Shown here: one piece after another, positions 16,860 to 26,033 of the stretch
Position numbering within the stretch: the first letter of the stretch is position 1
How the letters are laid out: every line of letters begins with the position of its first letter
From: a virus
Lineage: Duplodnaviria; Heunggongvirae; Uroviricota; Caudoviricetes
Virus record (IMG/VR): IMGVR_UViG_2936390555_000003
Coordinates: 1-64,000 of that record
DNA: 64,000 nucleotides
Direction: 5' to 3' (one strand)
Program-made: the position numbers and the translations under genes
The notes under the pieces: model-generated
What the model was told of the DNA's origin: nothing
Seen by the model: only the letters and a program-made list of their open reading frames with translations
The model's database searches: none

Positions 16860-17189
16860 TTAAACGGCTTCTATGATGCGAATATCCACGTCAATGAGAC
16901 CAATGCTCTTCTGACAGACAATGTTATCATCTATATCCACGCTGATATAGTCGCCAAATGCTTTCTCACAAAATTCCCTGAGAATTTCACGGGCACCGCT
17001 GAGGCAATACTCCCATGTCATAATCAGGTAAAAATTATGCTTATACAGTTTGGTCTTGGTGTGTGCAGAACTCATGAACTGTATGAATTTTTCATCGCGC
17101 TCATGTAACTTCATGAGCTGGGCATAGTCCTCCACAAGTAACGCAGCTTTTATCATCATATTAATCGCGCCTCCATATTTCCCTGCCAT
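16860..17189 (-). CDS. hypothetical protein (109 aa)
   Basis: Operon context. Confidence 0.5.
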   Translation of the reverse strand: MAGKYGGAINMMIKAALLVEDYAQLMKLHERDEKFIQFMSSAHTKTKLYKHNFYLIMTWEYCLSGAREILREFCEKAFGDYISVDIDDNIVCQKSIGLIDVDIRIIEAV

Positions 17190-17646
17190 CCCTTATGATA
17201 ACCATTACATCAATGTCGGAGTTTCTCTCACCGTGCTGAAGGTCATCTGTGAAATAATCCCAGTAAACAACTTCGTATGTAGCCCTGTGAACAAAGTATG
17301 GACCGGACACAATGTAATCTTTTTCATTCCTCAGCGTTACAATGTCGCCATTTTTCAACATGTAGCGTGGATCAACACGTCTCCAGATGCGCTCATATTC
17401 CCTGCTGCCCTCATGTTCATCGTCGCCCCAGTCGATACGATACACTTCCATGATGTCCAGCCCGTCATCCTGTATGTGCCTATAGTCATCAGTGTAATCT
17501 TCAAAGAGCACATAGTCATATGCATCATCATCTATATCGCTGGGAACAAATGCAATAATGTCACCAGCAATTGTGCCACGCCTGTAATCCCTCAGCACAA
17601 CGACATCTCCGTTAAACAGTTTCATGATTACATACCTCCATTTCAT
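17161..17646 (-). CDS. hypothetical acidic protein, GD-V-L repeat paralog family (two repeats)
   Basis: Repeats KLFNGDVVVLRDYRRGTIAGDII and LKNGDIVTLRNEKDYIVSG. Confidence 0.6.
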   Translation of the reverse strand: MKWRYVIMKLFNGDVVVLRDYRRGTIAGDIIAFVPSDIDDDAYDYVLFEDYTDDYRHIQDDGLDIMEVYRIDWGDDEHEGSREYERIWRRVDPRYMLKNGDIVTLRNEKDYIVSGPYFVHRATYEVVYWDYFTDDLQHGERNSDIDVMVIIRDGREIWRRD

Positions 17647-17872
17647 TTTTCGTATGCTTAACCCTCGGAATACTTGGAATTTCCGTGTATTCCTTTATCC
17701 TGAGCTGCTCACATGAATTAAATTCATACAAGAGCCTGTAGAATTTCCCTTTTTTAGCATCGTTAGCCTGCCCATCCTTGGCAACGAGGATATTTCCCAC
17801 GCAATGGCCAAGAGCCTCGAAGGTTACCGAGCGTTTTTCCTTGTGTACGCATTGGACATAGTCTATGTACAT
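17612..17872 (-). CDS. hypothetical protein (86 aa)
   Basis: Operon context. Overlaps its neighbour by 35 nt. Confidence 0.45.
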   Translation of the reverse strand: MYIDYVQCVHKEKRSVTFEALGHCVGNILVAKDGQANDAKKGKFYRLLYEFNSCEQLRIKEYTEIPSIPRVKHTKNEMEVCNHETV

Positions 17873-17876
17873 TGGT

Positions 17877-18128
17877 TCACTCCCTTATCTTATAGAATTT
17901 CACTCGCTTAAATATCTTTCCCACATGATGCTCGCATGTGAACACGAGATACCGTTCCCTCAATTGCTCAGTGGAAAAAATAGGGGAGACGGTGATACCA
18001 ATCTCCCTCAAGCCCTCAATAATGTCCTTCCGCTTCCATTTCTTCCATGGCTTTTCGCCTCTAGCATAGGCTGATATAGCATTGTTGCTCATCATCTTGT
18101 CTTTAGAGTACCCAGCCATGACAATCAC
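17877..18128 (-). CDS. hypothetical protein (83 aa)
   Basis: Operon context. Confidence 0.5.
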   Translation of the reverse strand: MIVMAGYSKDKMMSNNAISAYARGEKPWKKWKRKDIIEGLREIGITVSPIFSTEQLRERYLVFTCEHHVGKIFKRVKFYKIRE

Positions 18129-18167
18129 TCCTTTGTTTCACAATTATACGCTTTGAATTTACGTTTG

Positions 18168-19073
18168 TCAAGCTAATGTACGCTTGATATTGCAAAGACT
18201 TCTTCCATAGAAGCACCCTGCGGAGCCATGCAGGTCGCAGTCAGGACAACGCCATTCACCTGCACGCTTGATTACTCCTTTCTGTATCGTCTTTTTTCCT
18301 GAGTCAATAGGGCACATGTATTTCTCAGCCCACGCTGGGACAACTGGAATCTCCTTGCTCCCCTTGATGGGCAATACTACACCACCATACTCAAGGAACC
18401 TATCCTTAAGCTTGTCCAGCATTGGATAATCCTTGTTCTTGTATACGAAAGCCAATGGAAGGGTAGGGTAGATGTGGAGATTTTTTGCTGATGCATCGAC
18501 AGACCACATGATTACATTCATATCCCTGTCCAGCTTCTGGATAAGCTCAGGATACTTGGAAAATATCTGTGTTCTTATACCCCTTTCATTGAGGAGCTCA
18601 ATTACCTTCAGCCAATCATCGTTGATGTCACCTTTATCAAACATACGCAACGCTTCTCCGTGGCGGTGCGTTGGAGCGACATTGTACTCACAGCTAATCA
18701 TGTGAGCAACCCTGTAGGGGTCAAGGTGTGCAGCGAGAGCAATTAATTCACCCTTGATAGCCACTTTTCTCATGATGTAATGCCCAAAGCAGGCATAACA
18801 ATACTTAGCACATGCTTCCGTGGGATTGCAGTCAAGATAGCTGCCGTTCACGCAAAGCCCTGGCTTGCTTGCGTGACCGCAAATGCCCACGGAATACAGC
18901 CAATCAAAAAGCCCATCAACTCCACGCTCTTTCATGGGCTGATAGGCCGAATGTGTTTCATCGAATACGCTTTTATGCACATTTTCTTTTCCTTGCAGCA
19001 AATCGTTGGCTGTATGCCTTATTTCTGAGGCATATCCTGCCATGCGATGCCACGCTGTTCCCTTCAGGCTCAT
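18168..19073 (-). CDS. hypothetical Cys/His-rich protein (301 aa)
   Basis: Contains ICGHASKPGLCVNGSYLDCNPTEACAKYCYAC (including a C-x3-C-x2-C) and C-terminal CPDCDLHGSAGC. No radical-SAM glycine-rich motif was recognised. Confidence 0.6.
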   Translation of the reverse strand: MSLKGTAWHRMAGYASEIRHTANDLLQGKENVHKSVFDETHSAYQPMKERGVDGLFDWLYSVGICGHASKPGLCVNGSYLDCNPTEACAKYCYACFGHYIMRKVAIKGELIALAAHLDPYRVAHMISCEYNVAPTHRHGEALRMFDKGDINDDWLKVIELLNERGIRTQIFSKYPELIQKLDRDMNVIMWSVDASAKNLHIYPTLPLAFVYKNKDYPMLDKLKDRFLEYGGVVLPIKGSKEIPVVPAWAEKYMCPIDSGKKTIQKGVIKRAGEWRCPDCDLHGSAGCFYGRSLCNIKRTLA

Positions 19074-19589
19074 TTATTTCACTCCTTTTCTTGGTAAATC
19101 GTGTAATCCTACGGCATTATTGATGGATTCCACTTCTTCATCCGTGAGAATACGCTTTATCTTAATAGCTCCGCAGATATACCACTGAACCACCGCCTGA
19201 GCATTGGTTTTGTATCTGTAGAAGCCATTTTTTGGCACGTATCTCAGCATTTTATCCCGAGCACACTTCCCAGCAAGCTCAGCCTGTACCTGGTAGTCAA
19301 TTTCATCACTGAATTCTATCAGTGCCCACACCTGGTTGTCCGGGCGGTAGCTTGGGCGTGCATCCGTGGGATTTTCCTTGCTTCCAATGTGTGTAGCCAC
19401 GGGATACTCGCATACATGCCATCCAGGACGGAAGCAAAGTTCTCCAGAGGATGCCTTGACTCTCCCTGATGGCATACGCTTTCCTTCGGATGCCTCCAGC
19501 CATACCCCGATGGGGCGTGGTTCCTTTGCATCCACATAGAGGGTAAAGAGCTCTCCATGCTTTACATTGAATAACTTGTAGCCTTCCAT
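19074..19589 (-). CDS. hypothetical protein (171 aa)
   Basis: Operon context. Confidence 0.55.
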   Translation of the reverse strand: MEGYKLFNVKHGELFTLYVDAKEPRPIGVWLEASEGKRMPSGRVKASSGELCFRPGWHVCEYPVATHIGSKENPTDARPSYRPDNQVWALIEFSDEIDYQVQAELAGKCARDKMLRYVPKNGFYRYKTNAQAVVQWYICGAIKIKRILTDEEVESINNAVGLHDLPRKGVK

Positions 19590-19600
19590 AATACCCTCCC

Positions 19601-20044
19601 TTACACTGCAATATTGTTGTCAACAAGGTAATGGGCCAGCTTATTGGCAGCCTGGTATCTTGCTTCCGTGTTCCAATCATATGCTGGCATACCGTGGATT
19701 AATACGTTCCTTCCAGTGCGACTGGTGTTAGTTACATAGAACACAGTACAGTATTTTGGCGTGCTCCATGCAATAGAGCGCATTACATCGGTTACGCTTA
19801 ACCCCTTGAACACCTCATTCAACGTCCTGTCATTAAAGAACACAGGTACATCAAGGTCAATCTTCCTGTTATATACGTCCCTCAACAGGTCAAAGAAAAT
19901 CTCCTGATTTTCCATGAGCTTGTGCAACATGAACTCATACTGTCTCTCGCTTGCTTCACGCTCTGCAATCATATCCATGAGCTCATCGTACTCACGCTTC
20001 ATAATGTCTGCCCGTGCCTTCATGTCTTCAATGTTGTTCATCAT
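19601..20044 (-). CDS. hypothetical protein (147 aa)
   Basis: Operon context. Confidence 0.55.
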   Translation of the reverse strand: MMNNIEDMKARADIMKREYDELMDMIAEREASERQYEFMLHKLMENQEIFFDLLRDVYNRKIDLDVPVFFNDRTLNEVFKGLSVTDVMRSIAWSTPKYCTVFYVTNTSRTGRNVLIHGMPAYDWNTEARYQAANKLAHYLVDNNIAV

Positions 20045-20045
20045 T

Positions 20046-20831
20046 TTACTTTTCCTCCTTGTAAATCCTTTTCATGATTGCTGCTACGTCATCCTGGTCA
20101 ATATTAAGATACCTCATTGTAGTTCCAGGATTTTTATGTCTCATTGCAGTCTGAATGTACTGCAATTCAACGCCATGTTTTGACAGTGTGTTCGCAAAGT
20201 ATCTGCGGAAAGAATGTGGGTGATAGGGGAGACCACATTCCCTGCAAACCTTACTGACCATGAATTTCATACCCTCCAAGGTCATCGCTGCCTTCTGCTG
20301 GGTAACAAATAATTCATCCAGGTCATACTTGCGTGTGTCCAGGTATTCATCAAGTGACTCACGCACCCTATTATGGATAATGGGAACCACGGCATCCCGT
20401 TTCCCTTTTGTATTCCTGAGCAGGATTTTATTCCCAGATAAAATATCTCCGAGATGCAAGTTAGCAACCTCGGAGATACGGAGACCATTATATGCCATGA
20501 GGGCAAAGATTAATTTGTCTCTTGGGCGTTTCAATACACCCCATATTTTCTCAACCTCCTCATCGGTGGGGCAGGGCTCAATAGGATTATTACAACGATA
20601 ACCCTTGATTATCCTTGCCTTGTCCTTGGATAATTCACCGTAATAATCAAGCGCACTTTTGAGTACCGTGAGGTACATCTTTTTCGATGTGCCCTTGATG
20701 CTGTCGTCTGCAATGAACTCAATAATTTCCTCTTTGCTGCCTGTCTTGAATTTCTTCAAGGCATTACAGTAGTTCTCGTAAGTGTTCGGTGAACGTGTCC
20801 TCCGGATTTCCTCAAGATATTCTTTAAACAT
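20046..20831 (-). CDS. second tyrosine recombinase (short, XerC/D-like, 261 aa)
   Basis: Catalytic motifs AYNGLRISEVANL (Arg), HPHSFRRYFANTL (H-x-x-R), AMRHKNPGTTMRYL (His...Tyr). Confidence 0.85.
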   Translation of the reverse strand: MFKEYLEEIRRTRSPNTYENYCNALKKFKTGSKEEIIEFIADDSIKGTSKKMYLTVLKSALDYYGELSKDKARIIKGYRCNNPIEPCPTDEEVEKIWGVLKRPRDKLIFALMAYNGLRISEVANLHLGDILSGNKILLRNTKGKRDAVVPIIHNRVRESLDEYLDTRKYDLDELFVTQQKAAMTLEGMKFMVSKVCRECGLPYHPHSFRRYFANTLSKHGVELQYIQTAMRHKNPGTTMRYLNIDQDDVAAIMKRIYKEEK

Positions 20832-20833
20832 GC

Positions 20834-21841
20834 TTACATCTCCTCCCAGAGCATTTTCAAGGCGGTATCAAGGAGCTTGTTGCCTTCCAGGGCATCTACC
20901 ATAGGGCGTTCTGCAGAAGACTTCGTTCTCCTTACCGGTTCAGTATGATAAGCAAAGTCACTCGCTGCTGAAATAAATCCCCAGCCATCAACGAGGTTAC
21001 CATTCCAATGGTCAGCAAGGTCAGGAGCCTTGAGGCACCTCATGAACCTCACCCTATTTTCTGAGGCTCTCTGCGTTGCAATATCTCCCATGTCAGCATT
21101 GATAGGGAAGAGCCTATTGACCATCTGACATCCACGCTCAGTACCAATCTTTACATGGGCAAGAGCCTCGGCTGTATCGTTGAGAGCCTTGTTGTATTTG
21201 GTCTGCATGGCAAGAATGTTCTGACATTCTCTTACCTTGCTGGCAATGTCTCCCTTGTGAGCAAAACTCCACTTGCGAGCAGCCTTTTTCAGTGCCAGGT
21301 TCATGGTATTCTGGCAAAATACACGGACATTCGTGAAGCATACGCTCACCGCACGGGTTCCGTCGAAGCTATTGGCGAACAAGAGATAATTCTCGAACTC
21401 ATCTCCGAGAACCATGCTGTCGGGCGTTCTTGCGAGCATCCATATCACCTTGGAACCCTTGACATGACCAGCAGTTTCCAGTTGTATATCATGTTCAAGA
21501 AGCTCGTCAATAAAATCAAATGCTTCCCAGTTCTGGACAATGCGATACTTCTTTCCCACAGTTCCGAGGATTTCTCCATTGTCAGTACGATAGTTTGCCA
21601 CTGCACCCGTAGGGACCTGCACCCCATCGATGTAGCAGAACTGGTCTGCCTGGGACACGGTAAAGTCCAAGTCTGCAAGATGCAATGCATCCCGCATTTT
21701 CGTGGAGCCAGGGAAGGTGATACTTCCAAGGCTATCCCACGGATTCTTACGGGTATCATACATGCTCTTTGGTACGATATTCCTCTGATTGATTACGGTA
21801 TTCCTCTGATTCACTACTGCTAACATTTTTATTACCTCCAA
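20834..21841 (-). CDS. DUF932-family (phage/plasmid-like protein) protein
   Basis: 335 aa. Motif ANSFDGTRAVSVCFTNVRVFCQNTM matches the DUF932 NSxDGSxA...C.N core. RBS GGAGG upstream. Confidence 0.55.
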   Translation of the reverse strand: MEVIKMLAVVNQRNTVINQRNIVPKSMYDTRKNPWDSLGSITFPGSTKMRDALHLADLDFTVSQADQFCYIDGVQVPTGAVANYRTDNGEILGTVGKKYRIVQNWEAFDFIDELLEHDIQLETAGHVKGSKVIWMLARTPDSMVLGDEFENYLLFANSFDGTRAVSVCFTNVRVFCQNTMNLALKKAARKWSFAHKGDIASKVRECQNILAMQTKYNKALNDTAEALAHVKIGTERGCQMVNRLFPINADMGDIATQRASENRVRFMRCLKAPDLADHWNGNLVDGWGFISAASDFAYHTEPVRRTKSSAERPMVDALEGNKLLDTALKMLWEEM

Positions 21842-21978
21842 TTCTCTAACGTGTCCCTAAGCTGTTTTGCAAGGTTATCATAGAGCTCACCCTTGATGTG
21901 CACTCTACTGTCACCTGTGTACTCGTCAAGGAAATCCTCGATGATGTCGATGAGGCATCCAATCAGCTCTTCATCCAT
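21832..21978 (-). CDS. small acidic protein (48 aa; not in the ORF track), tentative
   Basis: Strong RBS GGAAGGAGTGACACGC before ATG (21978). Translates to MDEELIGCLIDIIEDFLDEYTGDSRVHIKGELYDNLAKQLRDTLENWR. Its stop overlaps the DUF932 RBS/start. Coordinates hand-derived. Confidence 0.4.
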   Translation of the reverse strand: MDEELIGCLIDIIEDFLDEYTGDSRVHIKGELYDNLAKQLRDTLENWR

Positions 21979-21983
21979 GCGTG

Positions 21984-22451
21984 TCACTCCTTCCATCCAT
22001 ACACTTTCTTCACTGCATCCGCGAGGCTCTCCGTGTACTTGCTAACAAACTCATCCAGCGGCATCTCATGGAGCCTATCCATATCCTTTACCTTCCTGTA
22101 CACGATGTTGTGGTGTCCGTCATGGTGATACAGGGTAGACCTCAGCTCGCCATCCTCAATAAAAAAGGTTGCATCATCGCAACCATGGAAATTGAATATG
22201 TCACTCAGTATTCCAGATGTGATTAAGTGATACCCCTGCGTTCTCCCATTCCAGAACCCAAGGTCTGCCACCTCAATAATTGGAGAACCAACGTCAATCC
22301 TGAGATTCATCCTCTCGTCATCAAGGTATTCTTTATTCAGCTCGCTGACGATATTGTACTTCTCATCATCATCGGTAACACCTGGAAAACATTCCTCCAA
22401 ATAGTCCTTGTAATCATCAATGTCGACTTCGCTGCTCCAAATTTTAATCAT
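21984..22451 (-). CDS. hypothetical protein (155 aa)
   Basis: Operon context. Confidence 0.55.
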   Translation of the reverse strand: MIKIWSSEVDIDDYKDYLEECFPGVTDDDEKYNIVSELNKEYLDDERMNLRIDVGSPIIEVADLGFWNGRTQGYHLITSGILSDIFNFHGCDDATFFIEDGELRSTLYHHDGHHNIVYRKVKDMDRLHEMPLDEFVSKYTESLADAVKKVYGWKE

Positions 22452-22827
22452 GTGTATTACCTCCTTTTAACATTGGTACTGGCTGGGCATTATCAATTGC
22501 TATCATGATTTCGGTATTGGCTTCACCGAAGCCTTCACCGAATTCCCTGTCAACAATTTCCCAATCACGGATAATATATGTACCATTGTCTCCGTTATCC
22601 GTATCCAGCCTGTCATACCGGTCAATACCGATAGACAGTGCACCGCCAAAATAGTTTGCTGCCACTTGACACAAGCGTGCCCACCCATAGCAATCACTTT
22701 CTGGCCTCCTGAAGCCAGCACGCTTACAATACTTAAGCAGGGAAGCTACGAAATCAGGATTTCCATTCCAGTGCATGTATACACCGACTTCCCTTGTCTC
22801 GGTCGTTATTACACACCTGTTTCCCAT
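22444..22827 (-). CDS. hypothetical protein (127 aa)
   Basis: Operon context. Confidence 0.55.
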   Translation of the reverse strand: MGNRCVITTETREVGVYMHWNGNPDFVASLLKYCKRAGFRRPESDCYGWARLCQVAANYFGGALSIGIDRYDRLDTDNGDNGTYIIRDWEIVDREFGEGFGEANTEIMIAIDNAQPVPMLKGGNTHD

Positions 22828-23678
22828 GATTCTTCCTCCTTTACCTCTTCGTACAATTCCTGTATAATCTCACGCCCATAGTAGGCTACGTACTCCATCA
22901 GTATATCTTTACCCATGTAGACGGAGAGCTCATCCAGCATTTCCTGTTCTTCCTGTGTGGGGATAAAGCAATCCTGCGTTTCATCGAGCCTCCAATCTTC
23001 TTTATAGGGAAAACTGGGAAGCTCATCTGATTCATTTACAATCTCAGTCACCACCTTTATCGTGTGCTCTAATTCAGGTAACACGATGTACTCATGTTCC
23101 GTGTGAGCATTGTAGTATCCACAGGACAGGTTCACAGCGGCAATTCCAAGGACAGGGGCGATGTCCACAATATCACTGTACGAACCTATGTCCGTATGGA
23201 ACCCCTTGGAAGTAATGTAATCCTCCAGTTCGGGGCAATAGCAATCGTAATACACGGCATCATTCTTGCCCTTACGGTCAAGCTCAATAATGAACTTTAT
23301 GGAACTCATTCTTTTCCTGAGCCCCTCGTTCTTGAGATATTCATTAACAAACCTGCTTGCCCCGATTCCACCGCTTTCCTCACCGCATGTAAAGAGGAGC
23401 CACGGCTTTTTCTTTGCCTTTTCACGGATGCTCACGAGAGCATACACACCACAACGGTCATCACCTCCGATACCCTGCGGAGACATCCAGATTTTACTGG
23501 ACCGACAAATGGTTTCCACTTTTTCCTTGTGAACCGTGTCCAGGTGGGCAACGAGAAGCACAGGAGCTTCACCTGGAACCAGGATATACTTGATGGCTTC
23601 GTGGATTGCATTTTCATACCTGCGAGTGAGCCGGTTGAACAACTGCAATTCGGTTTTCCTTATGATTTTACTCAGCAT
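22809..23678 (-). CDS. co-catalytic zinc peptidase-like protein (M28/M42/M20 fold)
   Basis: Metal-ligand motifs LLVAHLDTVH (H-x-D), GIGGDDRCG (Asp), FTCGEESGGIGA (Glu-Glu), and a later NAHTEHE (His). Confidence 0.5.
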   Translation of the reverse strand: MLSKIIRKTELQLFNRLTRRYENAIHEAIKYILVPGEAPVLLVAHLDTVHKEKVETICRSSKIWMSPQGIGGDDRCGVYALVSIREKAKKKPWLLFTCGEESGGIGASRFVNEYLKNEGLRKRMSSIKFIIELDRKGKNDAVYYDCYCPELEDYITSKGFHTDIGSYSDIVDIAPVLGIAAVNLSCGYYNAHTEHEYIVLPELEHTIKVVTEIVNESDELPSFPYKEDWRLDETQDCFIPTQEEQEMLDELSVYMGKDILMEYVAYYGREIIQELYEEVKEEESWETGV

Positions 23679-23680
23679 AC

Positions 23681-25255
23681 TTATGCCCTCCCTAAAGTTT
23701 CACGGCTTACCCGTGGGAAACACTCAGGACAAAGACCATCCCTAAGAGTGCTCAACGGATAGGCATCGTCACATTCTTTGCATTCCGAGAATCTGCTGTT
23801 ATAACAGTATTCACATACTGTTATACTGCTACCATCATGGTCGATTGCATCATGTGTCTCTTCCTTGTTACCATAGTTACTGCACCAGTCGCATTTTTCA
23901 TAGTTCTCGGCGCACTCATCGCATACCCTGCCAATTCCGGATAGGCATTGCGTCTGAGAACTGAATACATCTCTTTCACAGCAATTACATTCGACAACCT
24001 CTGAATCATAGCAAGCATCGCAAACTACCACCGATTCACCTGTTTCCAGGTCGTGGACTTCATTTCCATTTCCATGGTGGACAGCATCGCCACAGCAAAA
24101 GCAAATGTCATAACCCATATCTTCCAGGCAATCGTTGCAGTAGAGGTACTTATCGATTTCCTCGCCACACTTGAGACAAAGCCCTGCCTCGCCAGCAATG
24201 AAAGGACTTGCTGTTTCCATGTGAGATTTGAGTACAGATACTGTTGCTAAATTACTGAAATGCCACCAGTCAGCATATCCGCCGAATAATCCGTGCTCAT
24301 GTACCCAAGTTCTCCCCCATTGGCTTACTGTTTTCTTGGTCCAGAGATTTACCTCGCCCTCAAGGAGAGCAATTTCCCTCTGGACAAGGTCACGGTAAAG
24401 CCTGTACTCTTCCACCTCTGTATCAGTGCCTCCGTTGGTGGTATAGAGGCGAGACTGACACAAAACGCCATTCCCAGGCTCATACATGAAGAGCTGTCTT
24501 GTTGTCTTGCGGTTATTCAGCGTTTCCTTGTCGCTAGGGTCCGCCACGGTAAATGCGATGAATGTCACCGGGTCACGGGCATACCCAGTACATCCGTTGT
24601 TATACTGATATTCAGTGCATGTCAGGGAGTGGCATGAGGTGAGCATCTGTCCACGGTCATCTCCATGGGGGTTGCTCATAGTAAGAAAATGGGCTGGGTT
24701 CAAGCTGAGGAACAGCTTGTAGCTCAGCTTTCTGCTATTCATTTCATCTGCCACTTCTGCGAACTTCTTCTGGAACCATGAGCCTTTAGACTCATTGACG
24801 ATTCCAAGGCTCTTACATACTCCATGGAGTACGCGGGATAATTTCTTTCCTGGCCTCCATGCGTTTGGAGCGACCCTCTGTAATACTGGCAAGTGCTCGT
24901 TTTCATGACATGCAAAGAATCTTGCAATTTCAGCTATCTCACTAAGGCGAATGTCTTCTCCCACCTTTGCCTTCACAAGAAGGTCAACGACTCCCGAATA
25001 TACCATCCCAACAACTGGCTCATGGGTACGATTGCCATTCAATACAATCGCATCGAGTTCCTCGTCCCACGATGGGGACTTACGGAAGAGCTCACGGAGT
25101 CCCTGCTTTGCCATGGTACTGTCCTCCGCGAGCCGTTCGTAAAAAGGCTCGTCTGTGAGAATATGGTCATCAACATCGATATGTTCGTTGTAATCTATCA
25201 TGGCAAGGCGAATGTTCTGCTCTGCCATAGCAATTTTCTCTTCCATGCTAATCAT
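23681..25255 (-). CDS. large hypothetical protein (524 aa) with a C-terminal ~170-aa tail carrying more than 30 Cys in C-x-x-C / C-x-C pairs
   Basis: Single long ORF. The C-terminus is dense in CxxC (CLKCGEE...CNDCLED...CFCCGD...CDACYD...CNCCERD...CDECAEN...CDWCSNY...CEYCYN...CKECDD...CPEC). The N-terminal ~350 aa were not assigned to a family. Confidence 0.65.
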   Translation of the reverse strand: MISMEEKIAMAEQNIRLAMIDYNEHIDVDDHILTDEPFYERLAEDSTMAKQGLRELFRKSPSWDEELDAIVLNGNRTHEPVVGMVYSGVVDLLVKAKVGEDIRLSEIAEIARFFACHENEHLPVLQRVAPNAWRPGKKLSRVLHGVCKSLGIVNESKGSWFQKKFAEVADEMNSRKLSYKLFLSLNPAHFLTMSNPHGDDRGQMLTSCHSLTCTEYQYNNGCTGYARDPVTFIAFTVADPSDKETLNNRKTTRQLFMYEPGNGVLCQSRLYTTNGGTDTEVEEYRLYRDLVQREIALLEGEVNLWTKKTVSQWGRTWVHEHGLFGGYADWWHFSNLATVSVLKSHMETASPFIAGEAGLCLKCGEEIDKYLYCNDCLEDMGYDICFCCGDAVHHGNGNEVHDLETGESVVVCDACYDSEVVECNCCERDVFSSQTQCLSGIGRVCDECAENYEKCDWCSNYGNKEETHDAIDHDGSSITVCEYCYNSRFSECKECDDAYPLSTLRDGLCPECFPRVSRETLGRA

Positions 25256-25923
25256 TTTATTGCTCCTTTCTCCTTCATGGAGACAAAGCTGTCTCCACCG
25301 ATGATAATGTGGTCGAGCACGGAAATATTCATGATTTTTCCTACCTGAACCATGCGAGCGGTAACCTCAAGGTCCTCTTTGCTAGGCGTTGGGTCACCAC
25401 TTGGGTGATTGTGAACCAGGATAATCGAGGCTGCTCCTTTGATTATCGCTGGCCTAAAGACTTCCCGTGGGTGTACCACGGAAGCATCCAGGGAACCTAT
25501 TGAGATAGTTTCCCATGACAAGATATGATTCTTTACATTGAGCAGGATGATACAAAAATGCTCCCTGTTTTCATATTTCAGCCGTGAAGCTGCGTAATCC
25601 GCAGCATCCTCTGGACAGGTGATAATTTTGATATTCCTATTTTGTTGCCCCAGTCTCTTGGCGAGCTCCAGGAGAGCAAGTAGCTCCAGTGATTTCCCTT
25701 TCCCTATGCCAGGAAAGGATTCAAGATTAATATCCCTGAGCCCTGCGAGCCCATTTGCTTCCCTGAGTAATTCCTGAGCTACCTCGTAACCTGAAGTGGT
25801 GCTGGTATCTTTGATAAGCAGAGACAGGAGCTCTGCATTACTCAGAAACCCTGCCCCCAAATGCTTGAGCCTTGTGGATGGGCGTTCATCCACAGGCATT
25901 TCACGAACAAATATAGTCGCCAT
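25252..25923 (-). CDS. radC: RadC-like JAB/MPN-domain protein (UPF0758)
   Basis: JAMM motif VHNHPSGDPTPSKEDLEVT. Helix-hairpin-helix-like N-terminus. 223 aa. Confidence 0.85.
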   Translation of the reverse strand: MATIFVREMPVDERPSTRLKHLGAGFLSNAELLSLLIKDTSTTSGYEVAQELLREANGLAGLRDINLESFPGIGKGKSLELLALLELAKRLGQQNRNIKIITCPEDAADYAASRLKYENREHFCIILLNVKNHILSWETISIGSLDASVVHPREVFRPAIIKGAASIILVHNHPSGDPTPSKEDLEVTARMVQVGKIMNISVLDHIIIGGDSFVSMKEKGAIK

Positions 25924-26033
25924 TTTTCTCTCTCCTTTACCAAATTTTTCCTTTTTCCTAAGTAAAAACCAATAAAACTTTGAAACTCCAAAAATTTTCC
26001 TTTTTTTGTACAGGCTTTTAACCCAGGAAAGTC

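Noticed and set aside
18168-19073. Radical-SAM enzyme call for the Cys-rich 301-aa protein, based on CAKYCYAC (C-x3-C-x2-C)
   Set aside because: The motif lies about 85 aa from the N-terminus within a broader Cys/His cluster. No glycine-rich SAM-binding motif (GGEP-like) follows. Left as a hypothetical Cys/His-rich protein.
20046-21841. Nested integrative element (recombinase + DUF932) with its own att sites
   Set aside because: No flanking direct or inverted repeats could be identified by eye. Kept only as a hypothesis in the findings.
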